This document shows positions 59,027 through 64,000 of a stretch of DNA of 64,000 bases, piece by piece. The stretch covers positions 389,071-453,070 of the forward strand of contig NW_004797660.1 in assembly GCF_000002075.1 (NCBI RefSeq), read 5' to 3'. The first letter of the stretch is position 1. Every line of letters starts with the position of its first letter. A model generated the notes under the pieces. That model saw nothing but the letters and a program-made list of their open reading frames with translations. It made no database searches and was not told where the DNA came from. This stretch comes from Aplysia californica (Eukaryota). Position numbers and translations under genes: made by a program.

Positions 59027-60577
59027 GGTCAGAGTGAAAAGTCAGTCCACAAGGCCACTTTCTCTAATGATGAAAAAAGAAATGTCAAAATGGTTAACAA
59101 TTTAATTTATAGCACAAAGCCGCGAAGTCTTGAAGATAATTGTACCCTTTGCTATGGTACAAGTATGCCTGTATCTTTCAAATAAATTATAAATTAAATA
59201 ATTACATTGTTCATTAAACTAACTTACTTATAAAGCTGAACACCACGTACATCACTGCTGGATACTGTGGTGCAGGGCCAATATTTGTCCATAGAGGAAA
59301 TAAATGACAGAGGTAATAAAGAAAGGGGGGAAGGGGTGTAAATTTTGATCCATCTCAAGATTATCAAATTTTTAAAAAATCTTGCACTTCATCAGCACGA
59401 TCATAAACACCATATAGTATAGGCCTACAGTCTCAGAAAAAAAATGCCCTGCATACTGGAGATATGTGCAAACTGATACCTCATCCAGTATCAAAATTGT
59501 ATGAGATATGGTATCAAAATGCGATTTTTCGATCATTTGGATATAAACACAAACTTTCTTTGAAAAGGAAATACTGAGGGAATCTCACCACCCACTACCA
59601 ACTGGTCTCAAAATCACCTTCTTTCTTCATTTCGATTGCTTCTCAAAAGTGATCAGACTCGCTTAGAACAACGAAGTCAGAAACTCACAAACAAAATGGT
59701 ACCCTTAGACTGTATCATGAAGGCAATTTCTAGTTTCGACCCCAAGAGTAGGACTACTGGAATACTGATAGTATTTTTATGGATTAAAGTAGCTACTGGT
59801 TATGGGTAGGAGTATGGGTGTTGGAGTAGGGGTATGGGTGTTGGAGTAGGGGTATAGGTAAGGGTAGGGGTAGGTCGGTAGAATAGTAACTCTCGCTCTT
59901 CTGTAATCATTGGGGTCAAAATCAGATTATACGAGAATGAAAATAAGTCAGTAGGCTAGGACATTGATGTGATTGTCACAGTATGTGATTGTCACAGTAT
60001 GTGATTTACTTTCCTTAACCAATTAGTGCCTAGAATTGCCTGGAGTCTATCAATTCACACCTAGAGTGGTGTTGCACGTCATTTCAACTGCTGACCGCAC
60101 AACACTGCCATGGTATGCATTTCTATGAGATCTAGGAATAATGTCTGATTAGTATTGTCTGAAAATGAGAATATAAAGCAAAAGTAGAGTTGTTCTTTTT
60201 TCTTTCAATTTTTGAATGGTAAAAATTGACCAAGAAATAGTGCATGTGTGTGAATTTATAAAGTAAATAATGACGAAATGGAGGGTGCAATGGTGCTGAA
60301 ACTTAGACAAATCCAAAGAACCTTTGATAAAAATTCAGCAATGAATGAAGCAATCTCGACCAAACAAAAACAAGTTGCAAGTTCAATTTTCAGTCCACTG
60401 CAGTTGTACTTGTAAGACACTAGAGGAGTTGGTTATATTTATTTAATTTGATGAAATAGACAGGTAACGAATGAAAACCCAATAGTCATAATATAACCAT
60501 AATGGAAAAGATAAATAACTTGCCCATACCGTGCCCCAGTCGAAACTGGCTCCTTGGAAGCGGTATTCTTTTCATAT

Positions 60578-60829
60578 GGTCGCTTTTAAGCACAAGGGGG
60601 CTATCTCGAAAAACGCTGTTTTGAGAAAATCAAAAGAAAAGTTTTTGGACCCTTGTTCAGTTTCTTTAAAAGACAAGGAGAGTTTTCTCTATAACAAAAC
60701 ATAGGCCTATATACACACCAATGAAACCAAACTTCTCATATAGGTAGGGCAATGCCCACCAATAGTGTAGGTCAAGATTTCTGGAAACCCCCAAAATCTC
60801 GGTTAGCCCGCTTGTCCTTAAAAGCGACC
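60578..60829. mobile_element. MITE of about 250 bp flanked by ATAT
   Basis: TIR ggtcgcttttaagcacaagggggcta / tagcccgcttgtccttaaaagcgacc. Confidence 0.8.
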
Positions 60830-61726
60830 ATATATGATAGTTGTGTTTATTTCCCGATCATTTTGTAACAATTTTTTTTTTCTATTTATTAAAAAAAAAA
60901 TTATATTATGATATTTTAAGAGGATTATCAAGCACTTTTCCAGGATTTTGGGACAGGCATCTGGACAAATCCCAGAGGTGAAAAGGTGAAGATTTGCTTG
61001 TCATTATGGGAAGATTAAAAATAGGACTGTGAGTAAAACTTCAAACAACAAGTACTCTTGCAAAATGAGAATCGTTTTTAATAATTCAAATACTACTGAT
61101 TGATAATTAATAGGGTGGGTCATCTAAAATTTCAGTAAAATTTTACTTGCACACCCACATTGCTTTTGAGCGCTAAACTACCATTAATTTTTGCTACAGA
61201 ACACATATATATATTTTATACATTGCCACTAAAACCCTCACAAATCAATTGTTTTCAAGAAACCCAAACATTCATGGAAACACAGGGGGTATGTCACCAC
61301 CCCCTTGAAACCACCCAGTTTTTGTTAAAGTGAAATATTACTACACAGTTGGGCCTTAGATATCTATTGCATTATACTGTCCCTGTGGTTTTAAGCACCC
61401 CGCATAAGTTTGCAAAATTTGATCATTTTTTTGCATAATTTCTGATTATTTTCCTTTATCATTCTTTGTTGAAATTAACAGAATCGCATAATTTCACATT
61501 TTTGGGCTCAGTTTGCATAATTTCAGAATTTTTCTTGCATACAACGGGGACAGAACATATATATAACATGTGAGGCACTGTGGTGAAATCAGGCGCTTGA
61601 CAAAATAATGAAACCGGCATTTTTCCGCCAGTTTGGCTATTTTTATCCAATTTTTGTTTTTTGGCTAAACACTTTTTATGTCCATACCAAAACACATTTC
61701 TATACTAGATTAGAATTTGACTGAAA

Positions 61727-62049
61727 CTCTTTCACTACCAGAGGGTTTTCCTCTCCTGGGTCGAGCCCTATCTGTGACCTGCTTTCTGGTTCTGCCTACC
61801 CTCGGACAAATTAAAAGATTTTTAAATTCAATTTTCAACATTAGCCACGTGTATTAAATATGAAAATAAAGGGGAAATTTTGACCTTTCTCAACATGTTT
61901 CTAAAAACGATCATTCTTCAGCCTCAGATTTCAGATTTGATTATAACAAAAGGAGGTGAGGTTTTGAAGCAGGAAGTAGCAAGCCGTGCTCGCTGTCCAG
62001 CGTTGGGGGTAACATGAGCCGTGAAACACGGTTCGCGATAGTGAAAAGG
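61727..62049. mobile_element. piggyBac-like MITE (older copy)
   Basis: ctctttcacta / tagtgaaaagg termini; TTAA retained on the right side. Confidence 0.6.
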
Positions 62050-62054
62050 TTAAG

Positions 62055-63472
62055 TAGCCTGCCAGTCTAGCCATACTTAGGTTAGGCCCTATTGACCAAA
62101 ACCTGTCGAGTACACAGATCTTTAGATCTTGTAATTATTCAGGTTTAAAATACATGCATGCATGTCAGTAAGGCACCTTTTGGTTTTGTCTGAAATACAA
62201 ATACTTTAGGTATGTATTGTATTGAGTATTGCAAACTAAAATTTTATTTACGATTCATCCATCATTATTAAGTACGGCTAGCCTGCCAGTCTAGCCATAC
62301 TTAGGTTAGGCCCTATTGGCCAAAACCTGTTGAGTACACAGGTCTCATTAGTAATTATTCAGGTTTAAGTTTAAAATCTATACATGCACTGTCAGTAAGG
62401 CACCTTCTGGTTTCACCTCAAATACAAATACTTTAGGTATTGCAAACTAAATTTTTTAATACAATTCAGTATTTTTTGCTGTTTGTCAGTCTAACCACCT
62501 TTATTAAGTATGGCTAGCCTAGCCGTCTAATTGTCAATAAGTACAATTCAGTACTTTTTGCTTTTTGTCAGTCTAGCCATCATTATTAAGTTTAGTATGA
62601 CTAGCCTGCCAATCTAGCCATCCAAAGTACGACTAACCTAGCTGTTTAACCATCATTAAGTATTAGTTACAGCTAGCTTGCCAGTCTACCCATCCTTAAG
62701 TATGGCTAGCCTCTTCCAAAAATATGTAATTTTTCACTTTTGAGGGACTCACAAGCTAATGAAGACACCTAAACATTTGGCGGCCATTTTCTCGCTAATT
62801 TTATCACTGAAACCAGCCGGCCCTACCTCTTTCAACAGCAAATTATCTCAAATTCTATTCAAGATAGGATAGGGTCTAGATGGGTATTTTTTGGGAAGAT
62901 GCTAGCAGTACGGCTAGACTGGCAGGCTAGCCGTACTTAATGACGGCTAGGCAAGCCGTACGTTATAATAATGGTTAGACTGATAAACAAAAAAAAGTAG
63001 GCCTACTGAATTGTAAATAAATTTTTTGTTTGCAACACCTAAAGTATTTGTAATTGAGACGAAACCAAAGGGTGCCTTACTGACAGTGCATATAATTACT
63101 TATGAGACATGTGTACTCAACAGGTTTCGATCAATAGAGCCTTAGAACCTAAGTACGGCTAAACTGGCAGGCCAGCCGTACTTAGACTGCTAGGCTAGAC
63201 GTACTTAAGGACAGCTAGACAGTTGGGCTAGCCGAACTTAAGGACGGCTAGACTGGCAGGCTAACCGTACTTAATATTGATGGCTGAATAGTAAAAATGA
63301 ATTTTTAGTTTGCAATACCTAAAGTATTTGTATTTCAGACAAAACCAAAAGGTGATTACTGACATGCATGTATTTTAAACCTGAATAATTACTAGATCTA
63401 ATAAGACCTGTGCACTCAACAGGTTTCGGTCAATAGGGTCTAACCTAAGTGTGGCTAGATTGGCAGGCTAGC
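62055..63472. repeat. Large modular inverted repeat (arms about 62055-62712 and 62908-63472)
   Basis: Each arm has two units of about 225 bp plus short ctagcctgccagtctagcc repeats; the arms are reverse complements. Confidence 0.85.
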
Positions 63473-64000
63473 CGTAGCATGGGTTGGTCTCGGTGCTCAG
63501 GAATTCCTGGATGTACTAGTAGGAATTAAAATATAAAATGGTGTCTCTCGAGCCTTTGTCAGGTTCCGTTTTTGTGCAGGGACCCCATAGTATTCGATAC
63601 TTAACTTCTTTTGTGATTATACTTATACTTCACTTGGTTCAACTTCGACCAAGTTAGGTTCAAATTCGACCGGCAGTTGGGACAACTTCGACCACCTTGG
63701 TGCAACTTCGACTGAGAGTTCGAGAGTCCATCTACATCGTTTTGTATGGGTTGTACTCTTGTGTTTTGATAGCAGTTTGCCACTCACACGCAAGGACATC
63801 ACAATGACTAAACGTGACGTTCTTCAAAGCCGGGTCAACAGCAACCCCATCATCAGACTCGGAAATGCCTGCCTCGAGCAATTGCTTCAAAAATGATGTC
63901 TCGAGGGGGCTGCATGGGGATGACACAGTCTTCTGGAGGAACAACGTGTATCATGTCAAAGGTGGTGTCTCCAAAACCGGGTGGGAGCTCGATCGTGACG

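Noticed and set aside
59720-59930. Short inverted repeats around gggtaggg-rich tandem units (Helentron- or Crypton-MITE-like)
   Set aside because: Too degenerate to define boundaries or family

Overview
Eukaryotic (animal) genomic DNA, AT-rich, with four N-gaps. The repeat content suggests an invertebrate such as a gastropod mollusc, but that is inference only. Two convergent intron-rich genes are present, with stop codons about 7.3 kb apart. The first is the 3' half of METTL13 (eEF1A lysine/N-terminal methyltransferase) on the + strand: six exons, 2907-12577. The second is a complete SKI2/SKIV2L DEVH-box RNA helicase on the - strand: 24 coding exons, 59026-19842, 1258 aa, all GT-AG junctions phase-consistent. 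Introns and intergenic DNA are packed with mobile-element relics. These include hAT(Charlie/Buster), mariner, Tigger, RTE and CRE-like fragments, a tRNA-headed Nin/Deu-domain SINE (5 copies with TSDs), CORE-type SINEs, TTAA MITEs, ATAT-flanked MITEs and CAG-ended elements with 6-bp TSDs. The most unusual structures are: (1) the last SKI2 intron is largely a degenerate tandem array of the preceding exon end plus its splice donor; (2) inverted young SINEs bracket four phase-0 SKI2 exons, predicting a stop-free circRNA; (3) a duplicated splice acceptor lies in a METTL13 intron; (4) 6-bp-TSD transposons share a core but have different termini; (5) three short retroposon families share one 3' tail. 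No clearly new protein-coding system could be supported. All calls are by eye, without database searches.
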